Assembly: GCA_049968315.1 (NCBI GenBank)
Contig: JBMFRA010000008.1
Coordinates: 662 to 64,661, forward strand
From: Acidobacteriota bacterium
Lineage (GTDB): Bacteria; Acidobacteriota; UBA4820; DSQY01
Direction of reading: 5' to 3'
DNA length: 64,000 nt
Shown in pieces: positions 1-7,859 of the stretch (position 1 is the stretch's first letter; each line of letters begins with the position of its first letter). Both the position numbers and the translations under genes were made by a program. The notes beneath the pieces are model-generated. The model did not search any database. It was not told where the DNA came from and saw only the letters and a list, made by a program, of their open reading frames with translations.

Positions 1-298
1 CCGAACCCCTCGGTGCGCCATTGTTAACCTGTAGGGGACGCTACCACAACTTGCCGCGGCTGTGCAAACCCGCGGGGATGGGCCAACGGGTTAGCCCGCC
101 GGGGAGCGCCGCGTTGAAAGACGGATCGGCCGCCCCTCCCGTTCTTTCTCTGCGCTCTTTGGGCTCTCTGGGGCGAGGAGCGCCCGAAAGGCGGCAAAGC
201 CAGAACTTCTATACCTCAGCGCCGCAGCGGTGAAATCCTTCCGTTTGCCTTCGAAGGGCTGCCTTCACCTTCCTAACTTCCTCACTTCCTCACTTTCC

Positions 299-1096
299 TC
301 ACGCCTCTTCGTTTTCGCTCACGCTGGCCTCCAGCCGGCGGATGGCGAGGCACGCGAGGCCCACGAAGAGCACCCCGTAGAAGACGAGGAAGAGCAGAGC
401 GGCGGTCTTGCTCTCGGTGGAGGCGAGGAGCTGCTGGATGAGCCCCTGGGGCCCGGCCCCGTGGGGAAGCAGGGTGTGCAGGTGGAAGAGGAGGGTGAAG
501 CGCTTGAGGAAGCCGGGGATGTAGCCCACCAGGTTTTCCCAGCCGAAGCCGATGAGCAGTCCGGCGAAGAGGGGCTTCTTGAGGAGCAGGCCCAGGAGGA
601 CGAAGAGGGCCCCGTAGGCCAGGACCCCCAGCAGGAGGACGCCGAGGTCCAGGAGGAGGAAGGGGAACTCCCGGAGGAGGGCCGCGGCGCCGCCCTCCGA
701 GACCCCCAGAAGAAAGGCCCCCGCCGCCGACGCCCCGTTCAGGATCCAGAGAAAGGCCGCCGTCGCGGCGAAGCGCGTGAGGAGGAGCTTGGCGCGGGGG
801 ATGGGCCTTCCCAGGAGGTACGGGAGGGTCCCCCCCTCCCGGTCGTCGGCCAGGAGCCCCACCCCGAAGACCAGCGTGGAGAGGGGAAGGAGGAAGCCGA
901 AGAGGTACACCAGCACCACCGAGGCGTAGAGGGTGACGCCCCCCAGGGGGACGGGAACCCCCTGGAGGACCAGCAGGCGCAGGAGGAGGGTCACGGCCCA
1001 GGGGAAGGCCGCCAGCAGGGCGAAGAGGAGCCCCCGGACCGAAAGGGCCGAACGGCGGAGGGTGTGGCGGAGGAGGGCCCGGGTGGCGGCGTCCAT
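299..1096 (-). CDS. ABC-2 type transporter permease (multi-pass membrane protein)
   Basis: Hydrophobic 265-aa product with about six predicted TM segments. It lies 2 nt downstream of an ABC ATPase gene, as in ABC-2 exporter operons. Confidence 0.7.
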   Translation of the reverse strand: MDAATRALLRHTLRRSALSVRGLLFALLAAFPWAVTLLLRLLVLQGVPVPLGGVTLYASVVLVYLFGFLLPLSTLVFGVGLLADDREGGTLPYLLGRPIPRAKLLLTRFAATAAFLWILNGASAAGAFLLGVSEGGAAALLREFPFLLLDLGVLLLGVLAYGALFVLLGLLLKKPLFAGLLIGFGWENLVGYIPGFLKRFTLLFHLHTLLPHGAGPQGLIQQLLASTESKTAALLFLVFYGVLFVGLACLAIRRLEASVSENEEA

Positions 1097-1097
1097 C

Positions 1098-2012
1098 TCA
1101 GGCCACCAGGTAGGCGAAGACCGCCGAGAGGTTGTCGTCCAGGGGGTTGAGGATCTCCAGTCCCATCTCCCGCTCCGAGAGGAGGATCTTCAGGCGCTCC
1201 CGGAAGTCGGCGGCGTCCGAGACCTCCACGGTGAGGTTCCTCCCGTCTCCTCCGAAGGAGACCGAGGCCACCGACGGCCAGGCGATGAGGGCCGCCGCCA
1301 GGGCCCGGGCATCCCGGGAGCGGACGAAGACCTTGAGGGGCCTGGAGGCGATGGCCTTCCGAACCTGCGGGACCTCCCCCGAGGCCAAGACCCGGCCGTA
1401 GTGGAGGAGCAGGATGCGGCTGGTCATGGCCTCCACCTCGTGGAGCAGGTGGGAGGAGACCAGGACGCACCGGCCCTCCCGCCCCCACCGCTGGATGGTG
1501 GCGACGGCCTGGGCCCGGCTCGGGGGGTCCATCCCGTTGAGGGGCTCGTCCAACAGGAGGATCTCCGGGTCGTGGACCAGCGCCTGGGCCATCTTGACCT
1601 TCTGCCGCATCCCCTTGCTCATGGCGGCGATCTTCCGGGACCGCTCCTCCCCCAGGGAGACCTCGTCGCAGGCCCGTTCGGCGCGCTTCAGGGCCTCCCC
1701 CCGGGGAAAGCCCGAGAGGCCGGCCAGGAAGGCCACGAACTCCACCCCCGCCATCTCCTCCCAGAAGCGGTCCGCCGCGGGGCAATTCCCGATCCGGCGG
1801 AGGGCCCGGGGGTTGCCGAAGACCGGCCGGCCGTCCAGGGTCACCGACCCGGCGGTGGGGCGGAGGAGGCCCGCCAGGAGGTTCAGCAGGGTGCTCTTCC
1901 CCGCCCCGTTGACCCCCAGGAGTCCCGTGACGCCGGGTTCCAGGACCAGGGAGACCCGGTTGACCCCCACCACGAGGCCGTACCAGCGGGAGGCGTTCTC
2001 CGCTCGGATCAC
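1098..2012 (-). CDS. ABC transporter ATP-binding protein
   Basis: Walker A GVNGAGKST, ABC signature MSKGMRQK and Walker B LLLDEPLNGMDP. The start overlaps the upstream permease stop. Confidence 0.88.
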   Translation of the reverse strand: MIRAENASRWYGLVVGVNRVSLVLEPGVTGLLGVNGAGKSTLLNLLAGLLRPTAGSVTLDGRPVFGNPRALRRIGNCPAADRFWEEMAGVEFVAFLAGLSGFPRGEALKRAERACDEVSLGEERSRKIAAMSKGMRQKVKMAQALVHDPEILLLDEPLNGMDPPSRAQAVATIQRWGREGRCVLVSSHLLHEVEAMTSRILLLHYGRVLASGEVPQVRKAIASRPLKVFVRSRDARALAAALIAWPSVASVSFGGDGRNLTVEVSDAADFRERLKILLSEREMGLEILNPLDDNLSAVFAYLVA

Positions 2013-2890
2013 CGCAGCACCCCCTTTCCGCGGAAGCGGACCGCCAGGACCAGGAGGCTCGCCGCCGCCAGGGCCGGGAAGAAGAGGAGGGGTGCGCCCG
2101 GGGGCAGGACCGGCCCGCCCCGGCCGGCGATCTCGGCCCCCAGGCAGACCACCGCCAGGGTCTTCAGCTCCGTGAGGATGGAGGGGTACCAGACCACGGG
2201 CAGGCGGGTGACGGCGTAGAGGACCCCCGACGCGGCGGGGCCGAGGAAGACGATGCCGAAGTAGGTGAGGCCCGTGAGCCGTGGGTTCTTAGAGAGGGAG
2301 GAGAGGGCGAGGAGAAAGAGGACCAGGGGGCCGCACCCCAGGAGGGCGAAGAGGAAGGTGCCCCAGAGGACCCGCCCGTGGGCGAAGAGCCAGCCCAGAT
2401 CCCCCGTGAGCCCAACCTGGAAGAGACAGAGCAGGAGGACCGGAACGACGGAGAAGAGGAGGAGGAAGAGCCCCAGCGCGGCGCCCTTCGCCCAGAGGTA
2501 CGCCGGGGCCGAGAGGGCCCGGCCCAGGAAGACGCCGAGGGTCCCGTCCTTCCGGTCCCGGGCGACGAGTCCCGAGCCCACCCAGATGGTGACGAGGGTC
2601 AGGAGGAAGAGGTTGTAGCCGTTGCCCAGCAGGGTGGACACCAGTGCCTCGTCCACCTCAGGAAGTTCCGCCACGAAGGCCTTGACGCTGGGCGAATCCC
2701 CCAGCTGGGTGTGGAAGAAGGTGAGAAGGATCCCCCAGATCCAGGGCAGGAAGGCCAGGCCCAGGAGAAGGAGGAAGCGGCGTTTGCGGAGGTACGGCAG
2801 GACCTCCTCCCGGAAGAGGGGAATCCACCGCCGGGAGAGGGAAATCCGCTCTCCGCCGTACCCCTGGTACCCCTGATCAAAGACCGGCAC
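2009..2890 (-). CDS. ABC-2 type transporter permease
   Basis: 293-aa polytopic membrane protein sandwiched between two ABC ATPase genes with 4 to 14 nt overlaps. Confidence 0.7.
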   Translation of the reverse strand: MPVFDQGYQGYGGERISLSRRWIPLFREEVLPYLRKRRFLLLLGLAFLPWIWGILLTFFHTQLGDSPSVKAFVAELPEVDEALVSTLLGNGYNLFLLTLVTIWVGSGLVARDRKDGTLGVFLGRALSAPAYLWAKGAALGLFLLLFSVVPVLLLCLFQVGLTGDLGWLFAHGRVLWGTFLFALLGCGPLVLFLLALSSLSKNPRLTGLTYFGIVFLGPAASGVLYAVTRLPVVWYPSILTELKTLAVVCLGAEIAGRGGPVLPPGAPLLFFPALAAASLLVLAVRFRGKGVLR

Positions 2891-3818
2891 GGTGCTCCTC
2901 CCCGTTCTTCTCCAGGACGTCGAGGAAGACCCGCTCCAGGGAGGTGGCCTCCCGGACGAGCCGGGTGATGCCGCCCTCCACCCGCCGGCCCAGGGCGAAG
3001 ACCGCCTGCAGGGTCTCCCCGGGGGGAAGGACCACCCGGAAGAGGCCGCGCCGTCCTTCCTCCACGGTGTACCCGGCCTCCCGGAGGGCCCCCACGAAGG
3101 CGGCCCCGTCGCCCTCCCACTGGACCAGAAAGTGCTGGGCCTCGGCCCGGGTCCAGTCCTCCACGGAGGCGTCCCTCAGGAGTTGGCCTCGGTGGAGGAT
3201 GAGGACCCGCGAGCATACCGCCTCCACGTCCTTCAGGATGTGGGTGCACAGGAGGAGGCTCTTTCCCGCCTCGGCGAGGTCCTTGAGGAGGGCCAGCATC
3301 TCCTCCCGGCCCACCGGGTCCATGCCGGAGGTGGGCTCGTCCAGCAGGAGGAGGTCGGGGTCGTGGACCAGCGCCCCGGCCAGCTTCAGCCGCTGCTGCA
3401 TACCGGTGGAGTAGGTCTCCACGTTCCGGTACCGGATCTCCCCCAGGCCCACGAACTGGAGCACCTCGTGGGCCCGCTCCACCGCCGCGTTCCGCCGAAG
3501 GCCCGAGATCTCCCCCAGGAGGGCCACCCAGGCGACGCCGCTGAGGCCCGGACGGACCCCTTCCCGCTCGGGAACGTACCCCACCCGGTCGCGGAGGGCC
3601 GCCCCAGCCCCCTGGAGGGAGCCCCCCGCCCGGAGGGTCACCGAACCGCCAGCCGGCGGCACGAGGCCCAGTACGGCCCGGATCAGGGTGGACTTGCCCG
3701 CTCCGTTGGGGCCCAAGAGCCCCACCGCACCGCCGTCCAGTGCGAAGGTGACCCCCCGGAGGGCCTCCCGCTTTCCGTACCGGACGCGTAGATCCTGGAC
3801 CTCCAACATCCCGCCCAT
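2877..3818 (-). CDS. ABC transporter ATP-binding protein
   Basis: Walker A GPNGAGKST, signature YSTGMQQR and Walker B LLLDEPTSGMDP. Confidence 0.88.
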   Translation of the reverse strand: MGGMLEVQDLRVRYGKREALRGVTFALDGGAVGLLGPNGAGKSTLIRAVLGLVPPAGGSVTLRAGGSLQGAGAALRDRVGYVPEREGVRPGLSGVAWVALLGEISGLRRNAAVERAHEVLQFVGLGEIRYRNVETYSTGMQQRLKLAGALVHDPDLLLLDEPTSGMDPVGREEMLALLKDLAEAGKSLLLCTHILKDVEAVCSRVLILHRGQLLRDASVEDWTRAEAQHFLVQWEGDGAAFVGALREAGYTVEEGRRGLFRVVLPPGETLQAVFALGRRVEGGITRLVREATSLERVFLDVLEKNGEEHRAGL

Positions 3819-3827
3819 GCCCCTTCC

Positions 3828-5387
3828 TTACGGGGGAGCCGTCCCCGAGGTTTCAGGGGAAGGGGGAGGACTCCGCCGAAGCTTGCGGTAGGCCTTCCGA
3901 AAGCGCCCCAAACGCTCCCCAAGGTCCGCCCGGGCGGCGGCCGCCGACTGCCAGAACCCCTGGAGGAGCGCGCCGGCGGCCAGGAGCTCCCCCTCCGGCG
4001 CCCTCCCCGCCTCCACGGCCCTGCGAAGCCGGACGGCGGCCACCACCGCGTCCTGGTGGGCGCCGAGGGCCTCCTGGAGGTCCACCGCCGCGGCGATGAG
4101 GTCCTCCGCCTCCTGGGGAAGGACCTCTCGAAAGAACTCGGCGGCGTACCGGGCCCGCTTGAAGAGAATGCGCAGGCGGTGGAGGGCTTCGGGGGCGGGG
4201 TCGGGTCCCAGGGCCTCCGCCGCCGCCAGGGCCCGTTTCCCCGTTCGGCGGACCAGCCGGCGGGCGGCCTCCGAGGTCCTCTCCGCCGCCGCCCCCCGCG
4301 GCCTGGAGGGCGGGGGGGAGAGGACCAGCCGGCGGATTCGCTGGAGCAGCCGGTGAAAGCGGCGGCTGGAGAGGCCCTCCCTCAAGGCTTCCAGCGCCCC
4401 GGCCCGCTCCCCCGCCACCACCGCCCGCAGGGTATCGGGCCCCGGGAGCCCGGGGGGGAGCCTTGCCGCCTGCCGGTCCCAGGCCGCAAGGAAGACGTCC
4501 AGGTCCCGCACCTCCCCCAGGAGGCCCGCCGCCCACCGCAGCTCGGCCCTAAGGGACTCGGACCGCCGCGGCCCCAGGGCGGGCCCCAGTAGGCGCAGGA
4601 GGGTGCGGGCCCGCCGGGCGGCCACCCGCGCGTCGTGGACGAACTCGGGGTGAAGGTCCCCCAGGGCCCAGGGGACGTTGGCCTCCAGGCGGGAGAGCTG
4701 GCGTCCCAGGAGCCGCCTTCCGGCGGCGGAGAGGGGCTCCTCCGGCCGGAGGGGGCTCTCCGCCCGCGCCTCCCGGGAGGGATCCCCGGGGCCTTGCCCC
4801 CGCCGCAGCTGGGAAGCGAGGTCCCCCTCCGCCGGCTTGAGGCCGGCGCGGTCCCGGAGCAGGACCTCCAGATGGCCGAGGCTCGCCGCTCCTTCCGCGG
4901 AAGCCGCCGCCACCTGGAGCAGCGACGGAACCCCGCCACCCTCCCGGGGCGCGGGGGCCTGGACCTCCGCCCGAAGGGGCCTTCCCGTGGGGGAGCGGAG
5001 GGTGAAGGAGCGGATCCGGAGGTGCGCCGCCGCCAGGGGGACGAGGGGTTTCGCCCCCAGGAGCCCCCCCCGGCCCGCCGGGACCTCCCAGGAGGCGGGG
5101 TCCAGCACGGGGCCAAAGGGGGCCTTCCCCATCCCCCGGGCCAGATCCTCCTCCCGGCCCGAGGGGTGGACGAGGACGAGGCGCCAGGCCTCCCGCTCCT
5201 CCCACAGGAGCAGGCGCAGGCCTTGCCGGCCCAGCCGGCCGTCGGCGGTGTCCCAGAAGACCGCTCGCCCCGAGACCGACCCCGAGGGCGTGAGGCGGTA
5301 CCCCGCGGCGGCGAGGTGCCTCCGGGCCCGCTTCCACCCGGCCCCGCCGACTTCGAAGCGGAGGGGCGGCGGCTCAGGGGTCGTCAT
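3828..5387 (-). CDS. CYTH-domain plus CHAD-domain protein (inorganic triphosphatase / polyphosphate-granule associated, YgiF-like architecture)
   Basis: The N-terminal about 200 aa resemble the CYTH triphosphate tunnel fold (EVGGAGWK start). The C-terminal half is helical with His/Arg-rich motifs (HDARVAARRARTLLRLL, LHRLRILFKRARYAAEFF) typical of CHAD. Confidence 0.65.
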   Translation of the reverse strand: MTTPEPPPLRFEVGGAGWKRARRHLAAAGYRLTPSGSVSGRAVFWDTADGRLGRQGLRLLLWEEREAWRLVLVHPSGREEDLARGMGKAPFGPVLDPASWEVPAGRGGLLGAKPLVPLAAAHLRIRSFTLRSPTGRPLRAEVQAPAPREGGGVPSLLQVAAASAEGAASLGHLEVLLRDRAGLKPAEGDLASQLRRGQGPGDPSREARAESPLRPEEPLSAAGRRLLGRQLSRLEANVPWALGDLHPEFVHDARVAARRARTLLRLLGPALGPRRSESLRAELRWAAGLLGEVRDLDVFLAAWDRQAARLPPGLPGPDTLRAVVAGERAGALEALREGLSSRRFHRLLQRIRRLVLSPPPSRPRGAAAERTSEAARRLVRRTGKRALAAAEALGPDPAPEALHRLRILFKRARYAAEFFREVLPQEAEDLIAAAVDLQEALGAHQDAVVAAVRLRRAVEAGRAPEGELLAAGALLQGFWQSAAAARADLGERLGRFRKAYRKLRRSPPPSPETSGTAPP

Positions 5388-6108
5388 CGGAGGCTTTCCG
5401 GCCCTCGGCGAAGGCCTCGACCCCCCGGGCCCCCGCCCGCCGTTCCCGGAGGTCCCGCACCACCCGCTCCACGGGGTAGGTGAAGCGGACGATCTGCGCC
5501 CGGGCGCGGCCTCCCTGGAATTGGGCCACGGCGAAGGCTCCCCGGGGGTCGCCGTCCACCGGCTTGCCCACCGACCCGCAGTTCACCACCAGGACCCCCC
5601 CCACGCGGCGGGTGAAGGGGAGGTGGGAGTGGCCGCAGACGAGGACGTCCGGGCGCGCGCCGCCGAGGAACGCCTCCAGGGCCGCCGCCGTGAGGCTCGG
5701 GTAGAGGTAGTCGGTGTCCTTCCGCGGGCTCCCGTGGACCACCAGGACCCGATGCCCCTGGAGGTCCAACTCCAGGCGCTCGGGAAGGCCCTCGAGAAAG
5801 CGCCGCTCCTCCTCCCCGAGCTGGAGGGCTGTCCAGGCCAGGGGGCCGAGGTTCCTCTTCGGAAGAAGCTTTCGGAGTTTCCGGGGGCTCTCGGCCAGGA
5901 GGCCGAGGACCTTCCGCTCCACGTTCCCCCGGATGCAGAGGACGCCCCGCTCCTTCAGGAGCCTCAGCACCTCCACGGGGTGGGGGCCGAAGCCGACCAG
6001 GTCCCCGGCGCAGACCACCCGTTCCGCCCCCCGCCGCCTGGCGGCCTCCAGGGCCCGCCACAGGGCGGGGAAGTTGGCGTGGACGTCGGAGAGGAAGAGG
6101 ACCTTCAC
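5374..6108 (-). CDS. Calcineurin-like metallophosphoesterase (YfcE/MJ0936 family)
   Basis: Motifs LSDVHAN, GDLVGFGP, GNVE and GHSH. ATGA-type start/stop overlap with the upstream gene. Confidence 0.8.
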   Translation of the reverse strand: MKVLFLSDVHANFPALWRALEAARRRGAERVVCAGDLVGFGPHPVEVLRLLKERGVLCIRGNVERKVLGLLAESPRKLRKLLPKRNLGPLAWTALQLGEEERRFLEGLPERLELDLQGHRVLVVHGSPRKDTDYLYPSLTAAALEAFLGGARPDVLVCGHSHLPFTRRVGGVLVVNCGSVGKPVDGDPRGAFAVAQFQGGRARAQIVRFTYPVERVVRDLRERRAGARGVEAFAEGRKASDDDP

Positions 6109-6473
6109 GGCAGCAGGACCTCCTCCAGCGCCTCCAAGAAGGCCTCCAGCCGGGCGAGGTCCTTGACCCGCCCCTTGGAAGGCTTCACCTTGAGGGCCGC
6201 GGCGGCCCGCCGGAGGCGCCTCAGCCGCTCCGCCGGGGGAAGGACGGGGGGCTCGGGGAGCCCTTCTCCGGTGAGGGCCTGGAAGAGGGCCGCGGCCCGT
6301 CCCTCCAGGCGGGCGGAGACCGCTTCCCCCACCTCCCGCACGAGGCCCCGGGCCCGCTCCACCTCCCGGGCCAGGGCCAGGGCCTCCTCCCGCTTCCCAG
6401 GCCGCGCCTTGGGTTTCTTGCCCGGGAGCCCCTTCCCGGTCTCCCGCTTCACCGGGTCGGTTCGTTCGGCCAT
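6105..6473 (-). CDS. Hypothetical protein (122 aa, Lys/Arg-rich N-terminus, helical)
   Basis: ORF packed between the Tmk-like gene (4-nt gap) and the metallophosphoesterase (4-nt overlap). No recognizable domain; coding status supported only by operon packing. Confidence 0.45.
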   Translation of the reverse strand: MAERTDPVKRETGKGLPGKKPKARPGKREEALALAREVERARGLVREVGEAVSARLEGRAAALFQALTGEGLPEPPVLPPAERLRRLRRAAAALKVKPSKGRVKDLARLEAFLEALEEVLLP

Positions 6474-6477
6474 GGCG

Positions 6478-7176
6478 TCACCCCCGTCCGTCGGCCAGCA
6501 CCCGCCGCACCCCCTCCACCAGGTCCCGGTGGATGGCGGGGGCCGTGCGGTTTCCGTTCACCACCGTAAAGCCGTAGGGGCCGGCCATCCGCTGGAACTC
6601 CCGGCGGATCCGGCGCTGGTAGGCGAGAAAGCTCTGGAACCAGTCCCTCCCCAGGCCCAGGTCCATTCCCGATTCCCAGTAGTCCAGTTGGTCCCGGGAC
6701 TCGAAGGTGCGCTCGATGAGGGTGGTCATGGAGACGGAGAGGAAGAAGACCACGTCGGGCACGAGGGCCATGCCGTAGAGGGACCGCAGCCACTCGGCGT
6801 CGGCCCCCCGGACCAGGTCCCGCACCATCAGGGTGTAGATGTACCGGTCCGCCAGCACCACGAAGCCCGCCCGGAGGGAGGGGCAGATGATGTTTTCCAG
6901 CTGGTCGTAGAAGTCGGTGGCGTAGAAGAGGCTCATGGTCCTGGGGCTGAGGACGTTGCCCTGCTTGGCCCGCTCCAGCTCGGGACCCACCAGGGGGGAT
7001 CGCTTGAGGCCCACCTGGGCCACGGCGTACCCCTGCTCCTCCAGCCACTGGGAGAGGAGGGAGACGTGGGTGGACCGGCCGGAGGAGTCGGGGCCCTCCA
7101 CCACCACCAGCCATCCGGACAGCTTGGAGAGGTCCACCCCCGCCGGGGGGTGGGTGTAGCACCGCTTGCCGCTCAT
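6478..7176 (-). CDS. Thymidylate kinase (dTMP kinase)-family P-loop kinase, paralog 2, with degenerate Walker A (GPDSSGRST)
   Basis: Start MSGKRCY at 7176 with ATGA overlap to the upstream paralog stop. Motifs VVVEGPDSSGRST, YATDFYD, LADRYIYT and shared YWESGMDLGL. Confidence 0.6.
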   Translation of the reverse strand: MSGKRCYTHPPAGVDLSKLSGWLVVVEGPDSSGRSTHVSLLSQWLEEQGYAVAQVGLKRSPLVGPELERAKQGNVLSPRTMSLFYATDFYDQLENIICPSLRAGFVVLADRYIYTLMVRDLVRGADAEWLRSLYGMALVPDVVFFLSVSMTTLIERTFESRDQLDYWESGMDLGLGRDWFQSFLAYQRRIRREFQRMAGPYGFTVVNGNRTAPAIHRDLVEGVRRVLADGRG

Positions 7177-7859
7177 CGTGCGTACCTCTTGTGGAAGAAG
7201 GCCAGGTCCACCTTCTCCGCCAGGATCTTCCGGATCCACTTCTGTTGGGCGTGGACGGGGAGGGTGGCGTCCACCTCCGTGAATCCGAACTCCGGCACCA
7301 TGGCGAGGTACTGTTCCAGGACCCGCCCCTGGAAGATCCGGAAGCTCTCCTGGGGGTCCGGGTGGAGGCCCAGGTCCATCCCCGCTTCGAAGTACTTGAG
7401 CTTGGGTCTCCCTTCCAGGATGCGCCCCAGGGCCGTCACCAGGGGCAGGCGGAAGAAGAAGACCACGTCCGGCGGAACGGCGAAGCTGTAGAGGCGGCGC
7501 AGCCAGCCGCCGTCGCAACCCCGCACCGCGTCCCGGGCGAAGGAGGTGTAGATGTACCGGTCGCAGAGGACCAGGTACCCCGCCCGCAGGAGGGGATGGA
7601 TCTGGCGCTCGTACCGGTCGGCGAAGTCGGTGGCGTGGATGAGGCTGAAGGTGGTGGGGGTGAGGAGCTGCCGCTTCTTGCCCTTCCGCGTGGCCTCCCG
7701 CACCAGGACCGAGGAGTTCCACTCGGAGAAGAAGACCCGGTACCCCCGGGCACGGAGCCACTGGTTCAGGAGGTGGATCTGGGTGGACTTTCCCGACCCG
7801 TCCAGCCCCTCCACGGCGATGAGCCGGCCGGGGTAGGCGTGCTCCGGTGTTCCGTTCAT
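7173..7859 (-). CDS. Thymidylate kinase (dTMP kinase)-family P-loop kinase, paralog 1 (canonical Walker A)
   Basis: Start MNGTPEH at 7859 overlapping the ppx stop (ATGA). Motifs IAVEGLDGSGKSTQ, HATDFADRY, LCDRYIYTS and YFEAGMDLGL. Confidence 0.65.
   Translation of the reverse strand: MNGTPEHAYPGRLIAVEGLDGSGKSTQIHLLNQWLRARGYRVFFSEWNSSVLVREATRKGKKRQLLTPTTFSLIHATDFADRYERQIHPLLRAGYLVLCDRYIYTSFARDAVRGCDGGWLRRLYSFAVPPDVVFFFRLPLVTALGRILEGRPKLKYFEAGMDLGLHPDPQESFRIFQGRVLEQYLAMVPEFGFTEVDATLPVHAQQKWIRKILAEKVDLAFFHKRYAR

Noticed and set aside
1-298. RNase P RNA, tmRNA, SRP RNA or 6S RNA in the 5' flank
   Set aside because: None of the conserved cores (RNase P GGAAAGUCCGGGCUCC / ACAGAACCCGGCUUA, the tmRNA tRNA-like ends, the SRP GGAA tetraloop domain) could be recognized by eye.
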